DNA of 64,000 nucleotides from a virus (taxonomy: Duplodnaviria > Caudoviricetes), in IMG/VR virus record IMGVR_UViG_2905706892_000001, positions 1,556-65,555 of that record; one strand, written 5' to 3'. This document shows positions 45,022 through 55,554 of the stretch, piece by piece. The notes beneath the pieces were generated by a model that was not told where the DNA came from, did no database searches, and saw only the letters and a program-made list of their open reading frames with translations. Each line of letters begins with the position of its first letter. Within the stretch, counting starts at the first letter, position 1. A program made the translations under genes and the position numbers.

Positions 45022-45756
45022 ATGACAATGACAGTACAAGCAATAGCAGACAGCGCAACAGCAATCCTTGAGAACATCGTAGCGGTCGCTAACGAGAACA
45101 ACGAGACAGTGGATCAACTCAACGAAGCCATCGACCAGATTGAAGAACTTCACGCCCAAGTCGCAGATATGCAGGCTGTCATTAACGCCAAGAACGTAAC
45201 GCTGAACAAGCAAAGTACGGTTATCGACAAGGCCATTGAGCATAAGTCGATTGATAGTGGAGAAATTAAGAAAGTACGCGCTGAGCTTAAGTTGCTCCAG
45301 CAGTTAGACCCTAAGCGTCTTGAGAAGGTTAATAAGACTCAAAAGGCCAAGATTACAGAGCTTAAAACTGACATTGAAGCCGCGCGTAAGTTAAAGGTTG
45401 AGGCCATGAAGAACGCCTCTGACCTAGGCCGTAGAATGAAAGCCGAAGGTTTCGCACCATTCTACCAAGACCCTAAAACGGGCAACAGCATTCGTGTAAT
45501 ACCTAATATGTTCGTTAACAAGGACAACGGTTTTGGCGGCGTAGCTCACACCCCTGTTCTTGAGTTCCATCACCGAGAACGTGGTATCACGCGCCAAGGC
45601 ATCCTAACGTCAACAGGCGATATTAACTGGACTATGGCTCAGAACTCGTCACCGACTGAACTCGATTCACAAATAGCGAAAGACCACATTATCGAATATT
45701 GCCAGCGTAACAAGGTGGCGACTAAATTCATCAAAGAAATCAAAAAGGCAGCATAA
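45022..45756 (+). CDS. Coiled-coil hypothetical protein
   Basis: Long N-terminal heptads. Confidence 0.8.
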   Translation: MTMTVQAIADSATAILENIVAVANENNETVDQLNEAIDQIEELHAQVADMQAVINAKNVTLNKQSTVIDKAIEHKSIDSGEIKKVRAELKLLQQLDPKRLEKVNKTQKAKITELKTDIEAARKLKVEAMKNASDLGRRMKAEGFAPFYQDPKTGNSIRVIPNMFVNKDNGFGGVAHTPVLEFHHRERGITRQGILTSTGDINWTMAQNSSPTELDSQIAKDHIIEYCQRNKVATKFIKEIKKAA

Positions 45757-45757
45757 A

Positions 45758-46117
45758 ATGGCTAAGGCAAACAACTTCGCATCAGCAAAACAAACGGTAG
45801 TGCTACTTGTGCTACCTGACACTGAACCTAAGGTACTTAAAGACGATGACGACAACGTTATGGTCTTTGGTAATTTAAAGAAAGCACAGAAGCACGTAGC
45901 GAACAATATCGAAGGTGAGTTTTACCCTTTTATTGAATACGCAAATGATGAACCGGTGCAAGGCGCAGGCGACCGCCAAGAAACGAACAACCGCCGCTGT
46001 CTAAGATGCAATGGATTCCTCCGCCCGAGCTACCGACAAACTAAGTCTGTCATGCCAGATGGCTCAGAAATGGCCGTTACTGAACTTGATTGCCCGAAAT
46101 GTGACTTAGGGGAATAA
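45758..46117 (+). CDS. Hypothetical protein with C4 zinc ribbon
   Basis: CLRC...CPKC. Confidence 0.75.
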   Translation: MAKANNFASAKQTVVLLVLPDTEPKVLKDDDDNVMVFGNLKKAQKHVANNIEGEFYPFIEYANDEPVQGAGDRQETNNRRCLRCNGFLRPSYRQTKSVMPDGSEMAVTELDCPKCDLGE

Positions 46118-46119
46118 CC

Positions 46120-46518
46120 ATGGGCGACACACACACAGGTTTATATTTTTCAGCCACAACCCCTAATGGTATGGCATTCCAAGCACAACCAGACCCGACT
46201 GGATATGACGGTTTCAAAGACGATGTGACCGAGGGCTCTTTAATCGAAGCATGTGGGCTAATACCGACGTTAATGATTGACGGAGATGGGGCTAACACGT
46301 TCCGCCAGAACATCGACATGAACTACAAATTTGGGCATGAGTGGGGCACGACCGCCATCATTAATGGTGACTTGATGTACCAGTACCCCGAAGACGAACC
46401 ACTGCCCCCTTTGATGCTCATTGAGAATCTTCAAACGGGAGAGCAAGGGTTAATTTACTCCCATGGGCTCGTTGCCGTAACCGATTGCGGGAGCTGGATA
46501 ACAACCAAACTAGATTAA
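46120..46518 (+). CDS. Hypothetical protein
   Basis: AGGGG RBS, packing. Confidence 0.75.
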   Translation: MGDTHTGLYFSATTPNGMAFQAQPDPTGYDGFKDDVTEGSLIEACGLIPTLMIDGDGANTFRQNIDMNYKFGHEWGTTAIINGDLMYQYPEDEPLPPLMLIENLQTGEQGLIYSHGLVAVTDCGSWITTKLD

Positions 46519-46588
46519 CCAACGAATAACCTGAAGGATGCATTAGCGTCCTTTTTCATTAAAGAACACAAGTACACAAGGATTTAAG

Positions 46589-47482
46589 ATGAGCGCAGTA
46601 TTGAAGTTCCCAACAAAACCCGCCGTATTGAACTTAAACGCAGCCCGTTTCGCGGCCGCTGGAACACACGCCGAGGCTGGCCTGTTCTTCCCTGTTGAAT
46701 GCCGCCCGCTATCAGATTTAACGAGTATGCCCGACCGTAAGCTGCAAGCAGTGGTTCGCAAGGACACGAACACCGTGCTGGCCGTACATGGTCAACGCTA
46801 CACACTGATTAAGAACGAGGATGTTTACGATCGAGTAGATGCGGCCATTCGCGAATCAGATGCACTGGACACCAACGGTATGCGAATTGTTGATTCAATT
46901 GCCTATGAGGGTGGCCGAGCAATACGTTCGTACATATTCCCAGAACACAAAATAAGTATAGGCCGTGGTCGCCGCGACGTAACGAACCTGCGCCTTAACG
47001 TGATTAATAGCTACGATGGGTCAACGAACCTACGCATCAATATGGGCGGTTATCGCATTGTGTGTGCTAACGGAATGGTCGTGGGCACAGACGTATCAAA
47101 CTATGTCGCGCGTCACACATCAGGATTCAACGTAGACGAAGTGAAAGCACGTGTAGCCGCGTCTGTTGAGAACTTCGTACGAATGGGCGATAAATGGCGC
47201 ATGTGGTCTAAAGAGCCTTGTACGGACGAAAAAGCAGTTGCATTAGTATCCGAATTTGCACGTGGTTCAGCCGCAATGAGAACGAAGCTTTTCGATATTT
47301 GGTTAGAGGAAAGCAAGAACCTTGGCAAGACCATGTGGGCGTTCTTTAATGCGTTAACCTACTGGTCTACACACGCTGAGATTAAAGCAGCAAGCGCACC
47401 AAACGCAGCAGCCATAATACTTGAGCGCGAGTCACGTGTTTCAAGATTCCTAAGCACACCTACATTAGAACTTGCTGCCTAA
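46589..47482 (+). CDS. DUF932-family protein
   Basis: VVRKDT..VLAVHG.RY.LIKNED, NSYDGS, RIVCANGM, RHT, WAFFNALTYW. Confidence 0.85.
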   Translation: MSAVLKFPTKPAVLNLNAARFAAAGTHAEAGLFFPVECRPLSDLTSMPDRKLQAVVRKDTNTVLAVHGQRYTLIKNEDVYDRVDAAIRESDALDTNGMRIVDSIAYEGGRAIRSYIFPEHKISIGRGRRDVTNLRLNVINSYDGSTNLRINMGGYRIVCANGMVVGTDVSNYVARHTSGFNVDEVKARVAASVENFVRMGDKWRMWSKEPCTDEKAVALVSEFARGSAAMRTKLFDIWLEESKNLGKTMWAFFNALTYWSTHAEIKAASAPNAAAIILERESRVSRFLSTPTLELAA

Positions 47483-47494
47483 AGGGGATGAACT

Positions 47495-47513
47495 TTAACA
47501 GTGTTACTGTTAA
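47495..47513. promoter_or_regulatory. Perfect 19-bp operator palindrome upstream of TraR-like and primase genes
   Basis: TTAACAGT-GTT-ACTGTTAA. Confidence 0.8.
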
Positions 47514-47549
47514 GCTGCGCGACTCAGTCACTACTAAAACAAAAATAAT

Positions 47550-47753
47550 ATGCCCGATTTCATAGACAGATCGGTTGAGCAGCAAGCGCTCGTGCTTGAG
47601 GCTCAACTAGCCAACGCAAAGGCGAAAGCCCCGCGTCTAACACCTAAAGAAGCCTGCCATAACTGTGACGAACCCTTGGTGCACGAACCGCATCGTTTGT
47701 TCTGTGACAAGGACTGCGCAGACGATTACGCAAAATACCCAAGGGAGGCATAA
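47550..47753 (+). CDS. TraR/DksA-like C4 zinc-finger protein
   Basis: DFIDRS N-terminal helix; CHNCDEPL...FCDKDC. Confidence 0.75.
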   Translation: MPDFIDRSVEQQALVLEAQLANAKAKAPRLTPKEACHNCDEPLVHEPHRLFCDKDCADDYAKYPREA

Positions 47754-47758
47754 AGACC

Positions 47759-50419
47759 ATGAAGTTAAACTTTGTTTCAGCGCACAGCAAAATAGGACCG
47801 ATGCGTAAAACCATTGGTCTAGCAGATGGCAGCTCACGCTCATACCCGCTTGCTGCAAAACTGACCTCGTATGAAGCAGAGATTGACGTAACCGAAGTAG
47901 GCCTTGAAGGATACCGCGCGTTATTAGTTGAGAATGCCAAGTACGGTCGAGCGCTTTACAAAGGCCTGTTTGTTCGCCCCCTAGCGCATGAGTCGCGACG
48001 AAATATGACTGACCCTGACGCACGCACCGAGTTCCTGGTGCTAGACGTTGACGGGTTACGAATTGAGGGTGAACTTAAAAAGCACTACCGACCAGCAGAC
48101 GTTAGAAACGTAGCCGAGTCCGTGATTGAAATGTTACCTGACGCATTACATGACGTTTCGTACATGGCAATGGCCTCAAGCTCGTTTGGGTTAAACCAAG
48201 ATGAAGTATCGGTTCACATTCACTTCTTACTTGAAAACCCTGTATCACACCGCGCATTGAAGGAATGGTTGACCTCACTTAACTATTCACAAATCGAGAT
48301 ACATAGCCGACTAAAGCTGACGAAAACCAAGACACGTTTAAAGAGTGTCATTGACCCCTGCCTAGCAGAACCAGCCCGTTTAATTTACATTGCGCCGCCG
48401 AGTTTTGGACCCAAGCGTCAGAACCCTTTCGCCAATGATGACGAGCGTTTCGTGATAGTTGAGAAGGACAGAAAGTTACTTAATCTAGACCCACTATTGG
48501 AGAGCATTCATGACCGTATGGACGCAATCATTAGTATACGTGACGCTAAGATTAAGGAACTACAGCAGGAAGCTGGCATTGTCCGACACAAGCCTAAGTT
48601 TACGCGGATCAACGTTGACGGCCACCCTGTTAATGTAATGTCTAACCCGCCTAGCGTTCGCATGGAATTTGCGTACGAAGATGACGAGTTTGTACGTTAC
48701 AACGTGGGTGGAAGTAAGAACAACGCGTATTGGATAGCGAGGTCGAACCCAGAGGTAGTGCGATGTTTCGTACCAGACGAGCCAACATTCTTATTCAAGA
48801 GTGCTGACCCTGAGGCCTATGCAAAGCATTTAGAAAAGTACGGCGAAGCTTACGAAGAAGTCAAAGACGAGGACGGCATTGTACGTAAAGTGCAGCGCAG
48901 CATGTTCATTGACCAGACAACGGATGCTTACGTAACGATGGAATACGACCGCGATCATGATGAAATCGTGGAAGTTAACGAGCGACGCAACTCACAGGTA
49001 GCGGAAGAATGGCTAAAGCATTACGGCCAGTTAGTCCCTGACCCTGTACCAGCGGCGCACATCATACTCGACCCTAACCGAATGGAAACCAAGTTCGCCA
49101 TTGGGGATAAGGACTACATAAACCGATTTAAGCCTTCAATTTACATGAGGGATACAAGCGAGCATGTTTACCCTGAAACACTAACGTATGGCAATGCGTG
49201 GATGCTTTCACTTGAATGCCCTGTCATCAGCGAAATCATATTAAATATGTTGGGCGATGATATGGATTGTTTCGAGCATTTCATTAACTGGCTGGCGTTC
49301 ATCATGCAAAAGCGTGACAAAACACAGACCGCATGGCTTGTTCACGGGACAGAGGGTACGGGTAAAGGCCTGTTATTCAAGGCGGTTTTACGCCCACTAA
49401 TAGGCCAACAATATGTAGCGCAGAATACGTTACAAGGTATTGCAGACGACCAATTTAATGGTTGGATGGAAGACGTAATGTTGTTGATGGTCGACGAGTT
49501 CAATATGCGGGGCACCTCAAGCCTTACTAAAGCGGCCTCTTTGCTGAAAACGCGTATCACCGAACCCACAATGATGATTCGTAAGATGCAGCAACAACAG
49601 CGCGAAGTTGTGCAACGACTTAACTTTATATTCGCAACGAACGACCTTGATGCTATGCCCGTAACGGACAAACGTCGTTACAACATTGCGCCAAGACAGA
49701 TGCGCGAACTCGAAGCAAGACTCGGCTACGTTAAGAGCCACCGCGAGAGTACAGATACATTAATTAAGGGTGAGCTTGCCAAGTTTGCCACCTACCTACG
49801 TTCATTCACTGTGGACACACACCAATCGGGTTCAATCATTATGAACCAAGCACGTGTTGAGACACAGAAAGCAGGCATGAGTGCATCGGACAGCTTCTTT
49901 GCAGCACTACGCGACGGCGATTTCAGTGTATTCATTGGCATTTTAGATAAGTCAGCTGCGAACCTTGAACCTAGGGAGTTTGCCCAGCTAACACGCGTTA
50001 AGACGTTCCTAACCGCGAACCTTGAACATGTAAACACGGGCAAAACTTGTTACCTGTTACCCGAAGACCTACGGATGCTTTACAGCTACCTAGCGGGCAA
50101 AGAAATATCTGAAAACGCCCTATCGAGAATGTTAGCAACACATGACGTTAACGAGAGGAAACGCAAGTCTAGGCCTGTAGGTTCACCTAAGTCGTTACCC
50201 TCAAGACCACGCTGCATCGGTGTGTGTTGGGCTTACGATGATAAAGAAATACTGGAAGCCATACGAGAAGCGAACTGCGTTGTTCCGCGCAATGTAGCGT
50301 CAATTGACCCCAACAAAAGAACCAGTGAAGACTTTGATAGAGCGATGGCCGAAGCACAGGCCGAACTTGAGTCCTCAGCTGAACCCGATATATACACAAA
50401 CAAAGGCTACGACCTATGA
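47759..50419 (+). CDS. Primase-polymerase fused to SF3 helicase (DUF5906/D5-like)
   Basis: LVLDVDG and HIHF AEP-like motifs; Walker A GTEGTGKG, Walker B LLMVDEF, motif C FATN, DKRRY. Confidence 0.88.
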   Translation: MKLNFVSAHSKIGPMRKTIGLADGSSRSYPLAAKLTSYEAEIDVTEVGLEGYRALLVENAKYGRALYKGLFVRPLAHESRRNMTDPDARTEFLVLDVDGLRIEGELKKHYRPADVRNVAESVIEMLPDALHDVSYMAMASSSFGLNQDEVSVHIHFLLENPVSHRALKEWLTSLNYSQIEIHSRLKLTKTKTRLKSVIDPCLAEPARLIYIAPPSFGPKRQNPFANDDERFVIVEKDRKLLNLDPLLESIHDRMDAIISIRDAKIKELQQEAGIVRHKPKFTRINVDGHPVNVMSNPPSVRMEFAYEDDEFVRYNVGGSKNNAYWIARSNPEVVRCFVPDEPTFLFKSADPEAYAKHLEKYGEAYEEVKDEDGIVRKVQRSMFIDQTTDAYVTMEYDRDHDEIVEVNERRNSQVAEEWLKHYGQLVPDPVPAAHIILDPNRMETKFAIGDKDYINRFKPSIYMRDTSEHVYPETLTYGNAWMLSLECPVISEIILNMLGDDMDCFEHFINWLAFIMQKRDKTQTAWLVHGTEGTGKGLLFKAVLRPLIGQQYVAQNTLQGIADDQFNGWMEDVMLLMVDEFNMRGTSSLTKAASLLKTRITEPTMMIRKMQQQQREVVQRLNFIFATNDLDAMPVTDKRRYNIAPRQMRELEARLGYVKSHRESTDTLIKGELAKFATYLRSFTVDTHQSGSIIMNQARVETQKAGMSASDSFFAALRDGDFSVFIGILDKSAANLEPREFAQLTRVKTFLTANLEHVNTGKTCYLLPEDLRMLYSYLAGKEISENALSRMLATHDVNERKRKSRPVGSPKSLPSRPRCIGVCWAYDDKEILEAIREANCVVPRNVASIDPNKRTSEDFDRAMAEAQAELESSAEPDIYTNKGYDL

Positions 50420-50634
50420 ACCCCATTCTATACACATCAAAAACGTGTCCAACCAGCAGCGATTTTAAATTATATGCAGAAGTCCTTGGCGTAAAATTAA
50501 CGACCAAGGACATTGATAACGAGAACCCACACAACGTAACCCATACGCCTTGTGTCAGCTACAAAGACGAATTGCATGTTGGGCTAGACAGTTGCACCGC
50601 ATTCATCAGACGTGAGTTTAAGGCCAAGAGATAA
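50416..50634 (+). CDS. Glutaredoxin-like protein (CxxS)
   Basis: LYTSKTCPTS..KDID..TP. Confidence 0.65.
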   Translation: MNPILYTSKTCPTSSDFKLYAEVLGVKLTTKDIDNENPHNVTHTPCVSYKDELHVGLDSCTAFIRREFKAKR

Positions 50635-51659
50635 TGGACTTTTCAGCGAAGTTAAAAGCCAAAGCGGCGGAAACAGGCCAGAAAATGATTCAGGGCGTGA
50701 GCGAGAAACCGCCCGAAGCTGTCAAAACAGATAGCAAGAAAGGCCTAGCCGATGTGCTGGGCGCACGTGCTAAAGAATCAAAACAAAAAAGCATTGTGGC
50801 CGCAGCACCAAATGGCAATGCCAAAAAAGCAGGAGACTTAAATGCTTTATCGAATGCACTTAAACAAGCAAAGAAAACCCGAGAAGACGAACGCGGAACA
50901 ATGGTCACAGACTTCCCAACCGCAGCAGTCAGAGCATGGTCATTCTCAACGCTCAAGAAATTCGAAAACTGCCAATGGGCTGTAAAGCTAGGCAAAGTTG
51001 ACAAGATACGTACCGAATCAGGCGAAGGTGCGAAACGCGGATCGGTTATTCATGATGGCTGTGAAGAATGGGTTCGGGGCACGATAGTTGAACTCCCTGC
51101 CGATGGCCGTACGAAGTTCGATGCGTTCTCAAGTGACTTTACAGCACTGCGTGAAGACTTCCGTGCGGGCAAAGTAACGATGGAAGACAATTGGGGCATA
51201 CGCCAAGATTGGTCGCCTTGTGAATGGGACGATGACGAATTATGGGGTCGTGCAAAGCTTGATGCCTTTGTTACCGAGAACGAACATTCGTGTCGCATCA
51301 TAGATTATAAGACAGGCCAGAAGTTCGGCAACGAAATGAAACACGCTGACCAAGGCCTAAGCTACGCGCTACATGCGATGTATCGCTTCCCAGAGTTAGA
51401 CACGTTCATGGTTGAGTTTTGGTACATAGATGACGGCTCGAAGATGATACGAACGTTTAACCGTCGCCAGCTACAGATGCTTATCCTTCGCTACCATAAC
51501 CGTGCTAAGAAGCTCACAACGACTAAAGATTTCATCCCATCAGCTAACGCGCACACGTGTCGTTTCTGTGAGTACGGCACTAACACTAACCGTGAAGGTA
51601 AGGCATACGGCAATGGCGCATGTGGCTTTGACCATTATCGAGGTTTAGATGCTGCATAA
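50634..51659 (+). CDS. Cas4-like PD-(D/E)xK exonuclease
   Basis: WSFS..FENC, RGSVIH, KLD, IIDYKTG, Q..SYAL, CRFC...C. Confidence 0.9.
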   Translation: MDFSAKLKAKAAETGQKMIQGVSEKPPEAVKTDSKKGLADVLGARAKESKQKSIVAAAPNGNAKKAGDLNALSNALKQAKKTREDERGTMVTDFPTAAVRAWSFSTLKKFENCQWAVKLGKVDKIRTESGEGAKRGSVIHDGCEEWVRGTIVELPADGRTKFDAFSSDFTALREDFRAGKVTMEDNWGIRQDWSPCEWDDDELWGRAKLDAFVTENEHSCRIIDYKTGQKFGNEMKHADQGLSYALHAMYRFPELDTFMVEFWYIDDGSKMIRTFNRRQLQMLILRYHNRAKKLTTTKDFIPSANAHTCRFCEYGTNTNREGKAYGNGACGFDHYRGLDAA

Positions 51660-53034
51660 TAAAGTTAAACCGGTGTTTGAACCATTCGCCCACCAAGAGA
51701 CGTTCGCGAATCTTTGGGGGCGTGAAGAACGCGTGTTGAACTTTGATGGTTGCGGGACGGGCAAAACGCTCGCCTGCATCCACGCAGTTAAGACGTACTG
51801 GCCTGAGGCCAGAGTGCTTGTGTTAGCGCCCCTGTCAATATTGACACCCGCTTGGGGCAAGGACTTACGTTTCGGCTGGCCTGAAACCACCTACGCAATT
51901 GCGGCAGGAACAGCGGCCAAGAAGCGCAAGGCCATTACTGGCGAGGCACAATGGGTCATCACTAATCACGATACCGTTAAGATGATTGACCAAGAGAATT
52001 TGGCGAGCAACTTTGACGTACTAATCGTAGATGAAGGTGATGCATTTCGTAACCGAACATCAATGCGTTCTAAGGCTATAAACCGCATAGCCGCTGACAT
52101 AGACAAAATGGCGCTGATGACAGGCACACCCTCCCCTAACACCATACTGGATATGTGGCACTTAGCTTTTCTTATCGACCGTGGCGAACGACTCGGGAAG
52201 AACTTCTTCGGATTTAGGCAACAGGTATGTGATCCAAAAGCCATTCTTGGTGCGCCAGCAGGGGCAATGAAATGGGAAGACAAGGACGGTGCAGCCGACC
52301 ATGTAACCCTCATGCTTTCTGATATTACCTCACGTGTCGCATTGAACGATGTGCAAGAGTTACCAGAAACAATCTACCGCGAAGTGCCCGTTGAATTACC
52401 CCCTAAACTACGTCGCGACTATGAGTTCCTTAAGCGCGAGTCGGTACTGGCCTTGGAGACAGGACAGATGCTTAACGCTGTTCACGCGGGCTCAAGAATG
52501 CAGAAATTGCTACAGACGCTTTCGGGTGGTGTTTACAACGAAGATGGATCAGTGGTTAACGTACACAAAGAACGTTACGAACTGGTACTCGACTTAGTAG
52601 AGGAAACAGACCATGCGCTTGTTGCATTCAATTGGACGCATCAACGCGATGGCCTAGTAGCAGAGGCGACTAAGCGCAAGCTTAAGTTCGCTGTTATAGA
52701 TGGGGGCACACCGCTCCTTGAACGTAACAGAATTGTTTATCAATTTCAGCAAGGCAACTTGCAAGTGATATTCGCACACCCGCAGTCAGCGGGACACGGC
52801 CTAACCCTAACGGTAGCAAACCGCGTTATTTGGGCGAGTCCAACCTATCGCGCCGACCTATACGAGCAGTTTAACCACCGTATCGTAAGAACAGGCCAGC
52901 AGCGCAAAACAGAGATTATTCATATCGCTGCCGAGGATACCGTAGAGGAAACCGTTTACGAGAAGATGCTCGATAAGCAGATGAATATGATTGACCTTTT
53001 AAACACTATTGCAGGCCTGTCGCAAGCAGCCTAA
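51649..53034 (+). CDS. SNF2-family helicase
   Basis: GTGKT, VDEG, MTGTP, GHGLTL, QFNHRIVRTGQ. Confidence 0.92.
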   Translation: MLHNKVKPVFEPFAHQETFANLWGREERVLNFDGCGTGKTLACIHAVKTYWPEARVLVLAPLSILTPAWGKDLRFGWPETTYAIAAGTAAKKRKAITGEAQWVITNHDTVKMIDQENLASNFDVLIVDEGDAFRNRTSMRSKAINRIAADIDKMALMTGTPSPNTILDMWHLAFLIDRGERLGKNFFGFRQQVCDPKAILGAPAGAMKWEDKDGAADHVTLMLSDITSRVALNDVQELPETIYREVPVELPPKLRRDYEFLKRESVLALETGQMLNAVHAGSRMQKLLQTLSGGVYNEDGSVVNVHKERYELVLDLVEETDHALVAFNWTHQRDGLVAEATKRKLKFAVIDGGTPLLERNRIVYQFQQGNLQVIFAHPQSAGHGLTLTVANRVIWASPTYRADLYEQFNHRIVRTGQQRKTEIIHIAAEDTVEETVYEKMLDKQMNMIDLLNTIAGLSQAA

Positions 53035-53060
53035 CAACTAATCATTATAGAGAGAACCTT

Positions 53061-53432
53061 ATGAGAAAAGCACCTTTAAACGCATTCGCAATTACAGCAG
53101 CAGACTTCGACCTTGATAGCTTCAACGAAGCAGTTAAAGACGTACGTAACACCCGCAAACAGGTTGTTGACTTCGGCAGCGACTTTGAAGATACCCGCGT
53201 CAGATTGGAAGAAGCACAAGCAGGGCTTAAGGCCGCGATGGCGGTTCTTGACCTTGATGAAATTACGAAGATTACGACTGAGTGCAAACGATTAAAGGCC
53301 AAGCTTGAGACGACACCTGTCACTAAGATTCAGGCGTTTGACGAAGCTATGGACAAACTTTCAATATTCTTTGAGTCAGGCTGTCGCGCCGTGAACCTTG
53401 AGGAATTACCAGCAGAAAAAAAGGCCGCATAA
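53061..53432 (+). CDS. Coiled-coil hypothetical protein
   Basis: Operon packing. Confidence 0.75.
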   Translation: MRKAPLNAFAITAADFDLDSFNEAVKDVRNTRKQVVDFGSDFEDTRVRLEEAQAGLKAAMAVLDLDEITKITTECKRLKAKLETTPVTKIQAFDEAMDKLSIFFESGCRAVNLEELPAEKKAA

Positions 53433-53858
53433 ATGTCAGCAGCAAAGAAATTACCAGAAGTAGACTTCACCGCAATGGAGGTCTACGACCTACCCGACCG
53501 TAAACATGTGGTGTCAGAGCTATTCCGTGTACGAAAAGAGATTGCACTAATAGAAGCCAACCAACTTAAGTCACTGAAAGAGCGTAAGGCCGATTTAGAA
53601 AACTATCTTAAGGCAACGTTAGAGGTAGGCGAGAAAATCGCTTACGTTGGCATAGGCTCAATATCTATGGCCGAAGAATCGCAACCATCTGTTCACGATT
53701 GGGAAGCACTGTATGAATACATCAAAGAAAATGATGCGTTTTACTTCCTACAGCGCAAGCTAAATGCCGCACCATTCCGTGAATTATTAAGCATGGGAGA
53801 CGAGCTTGTGGGCGTGTCAGAAGTCAAAATCCGCAAATTATCAGTACGTAAAAATTAA
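53433..53858 (+). CDS. Conserved phage replication-region protein (gp157/Gam-like coiled coil)
   Basis: PSVHDWEALYEYIKEND.FYFLQRKLN motif. Confidence 0.65.
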   Translation: MSAAKKLPEVDFTAMEVYDLPDRKHVVSELFRVRKEIALIEANQLKSLKERKADLENYLKATLEVGEKIAYVGIGSISMAEESQPSVHDWEALYEYIKENDAFYFLQRKLNAAPFRELLSMGDELVGVSEVKIRKLSVRKN

Positions 53859-53899
53859 TTAGCGTTACTGTTGACTTGAGTTAACAGTAACACTACTAT
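53858..53899 (+). promoter_or_regulatory. Promoter TTGACT-17-TACTAT overlapped by two operators
   Basis: ATTAGC-GTT-ACTGTT 53858-53872; AACAGT-AAC-ACTACT 53883-53897. Confidence 0.85.
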
Positions 53900-54049
53900 G
53901 GCGACCTCAACCCGTTCTCTCTATGTGACTTGTTGTGGTTGCTTGCTAGCCCCCGTCTTCTTAGTCAGTTGTCGGGGGCTTATTGATCCTAACCGATCCA
54001 AACTAGACTCATAACTAATAATCCAACAACGAATATAGGAATACATATC

Positions 54050-54766
54050 ATGGCTAAGAAAAAAACAGAAGTAGCAGAAGTAGAAGTAAAAGACGAGAAA
54101 TTTGCTGGCGTAGCGTCAATCGAAGACCGTAGCTCATACGTGGGTCGTGGCTCGGAGAATGTAACCGCATCAGATTTAGCAATCCCTCGTTTAAAACTAC
54201 TACAAATGATCAATCCAGAAGTAGAACCAGGCAACCCTAAACAAGTTGATGGCGCTCAAGCTGGTATGATTATGAACAGCGTTACAGAAGAACTTCACAC
54301 CTCGTTATTCCTAATCAACCTTAGCTTCACACGTAAAATCGTTGTATGGCGTAAGCGTAAGTTAGGCGGCGGTATGGTTGGTTCTTATGAATCGCAACAA
54401 GAAGCGCTAGACGCTTTAGCCGAACAAGGCCTTGCTGAAAAAGACCATGATATTTCGGAGAACCCTACTCACTTGGTACTTGTACTAGATGATGAAGGTA
54501 GTCCGAAGTCAATCGCACTACTTGATATGCCGGGTGTTAAAGCCAAAAAGTCTCGCATTTGGAACACTCTAATCGCAGACGAAGAAAAACAAGGCAACCC
54601 ACGTTTCGGTTGCGTATGGCAGCTTGGCGTTATTTCTGAGTCTAATAGCTCAGGTAACTTCTTCAACATTGACGTATCACTTATCGCTCATGCTCCCGAT
54701 GAGTTATACGAACAAGCTGTTGATATGTTTAACGCCATGTTTGCACCACGCAGCGAAGCGGCATAA
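54050..54766 (+). CDS. Putative ssDNA-binding/annealing protein
   Basis: GSENVTASDLAIPRLKLLQ..NPEV motif; own promoter and terminator. Confidence 0.6.
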   Translation: MAKKKTEVAEVEVKDEKFAGVASIEDRSSYVGRGSENVTASDLAIPRLKLLQMINPEVEPGNPKQVDGAQAGMIMNSVTEELHTSLFLINLSFTRKIVVWRKRKLGGGMVGSYESQQEALDALAEQGLAEKDHDISENPTHLVLVLDDEGSPKSIALLDMPGVKAKKSRIWNTLIADEEKQGNPRFGCVWQLGVISESNSSGNFFNIDVSLIAHAPDELYEQAVDMFNAMFAPRSEAA

Positions 54767-54792
54767 CAAAGCCCCACCACTTTAGGGCTTTT

Positions 54793-54823
54793 GCCGACCT
54801 ACTAATACTAGGTCGGTTTTTTT
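54793..54823 (+). terminator. Intrinsic terminator
   Basis: CCGACCTA-CTAATAC-TAGGTCGG-TTTTTTTT. Confidence 0.9.
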
Positions 54824-55002
54824 TGTGCCCACAAAAGGGTCTTTTGTAATTATTGTATACAACTTGATCACTGCAACCTGTTACTGCATGAACGTGTAGT
54901 TAACAGTTACATTTAAGTTATTTTAAACTTTCAATTGTCTTTACAATGACTTACCGTGAAGACACGAATTTGAGCAATCATTCTAAATTAGAGGGATCAC
55001 AT

Positions 55003-55551
55003 ATGATTCAGGATTACATGACAGATATAGAATCAATGGGTACTAACGCGAACGATGCAATTATATCTATCGGCCTTGTCCCTATGGACATTGAAAAACG
55101 AGAAATCAGTAAAGGCTTTTATATTAAGATTAGTCTTAAAAGCTGCCAAAAAGCAGGCTTCAACATTAACGCAGAAACGGTTATGTGGTGGCTACAGCAA
55201 AACCAAGCGGCACGTGACGAGTTTAAAGGTAACTACGCACACGCTGATATTAAAGATGCGCTAAAAGCCATGTCAGCATTCATACGCGAGACCGCACAAG
55301 TAGATGACATATCTGATATCAAAGTTTGGGGCAATGGCGCAGCAATGGATAACGTACTGCTAGCTGCTGCATTCGACCGATGTGAAGTAACACGACCTTG
55401 GACACATTTAGGTGACCGCTGTTACCGCACACTTAAGAACCTCACACCAAGCGTAGAACGTGTAGAACCAACCATTGCACACCACGCATTATATGACGCA
55501 GAAGCTCAAGCCCTTACACTCTTCAAACGACTAGATAAACTAGGCCTCTAA
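55003..55551 (+). CDS. DEDDh 3'-5' exo(ribo)nuclease (Rv2179c/DUF5051-like)
   Basis: DIESMG, IISIG, WWLQQ, VWGNGA.MD, RCYRTL, HHALYDA. Confidence 0.9.
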   Translation: MIQDYMTDIESMGTNANDAIISIGLVPMDIEKREISKGFYIKISLKSCQKAGFNINAETVMWWLQQNQAARDEFKGNYAHADIKDALKAMSAFIRETAQVDDISDIKVWGNGAAMDNVLLAAAFDRCEVTRPWTHLGDRCYRTLKNLTPSVERVEPTIAHHALYDAEAQALTLFKRLDKLGL

Positions 55552-55554
55552 TTA

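Noticed and set aside
50634-51659. Cas4 as part of a CRISPR-Cas system
   Set aside because: Solo Cas4-like nuclease in the usual helicase/SSB recombination module; no array or other cas genes
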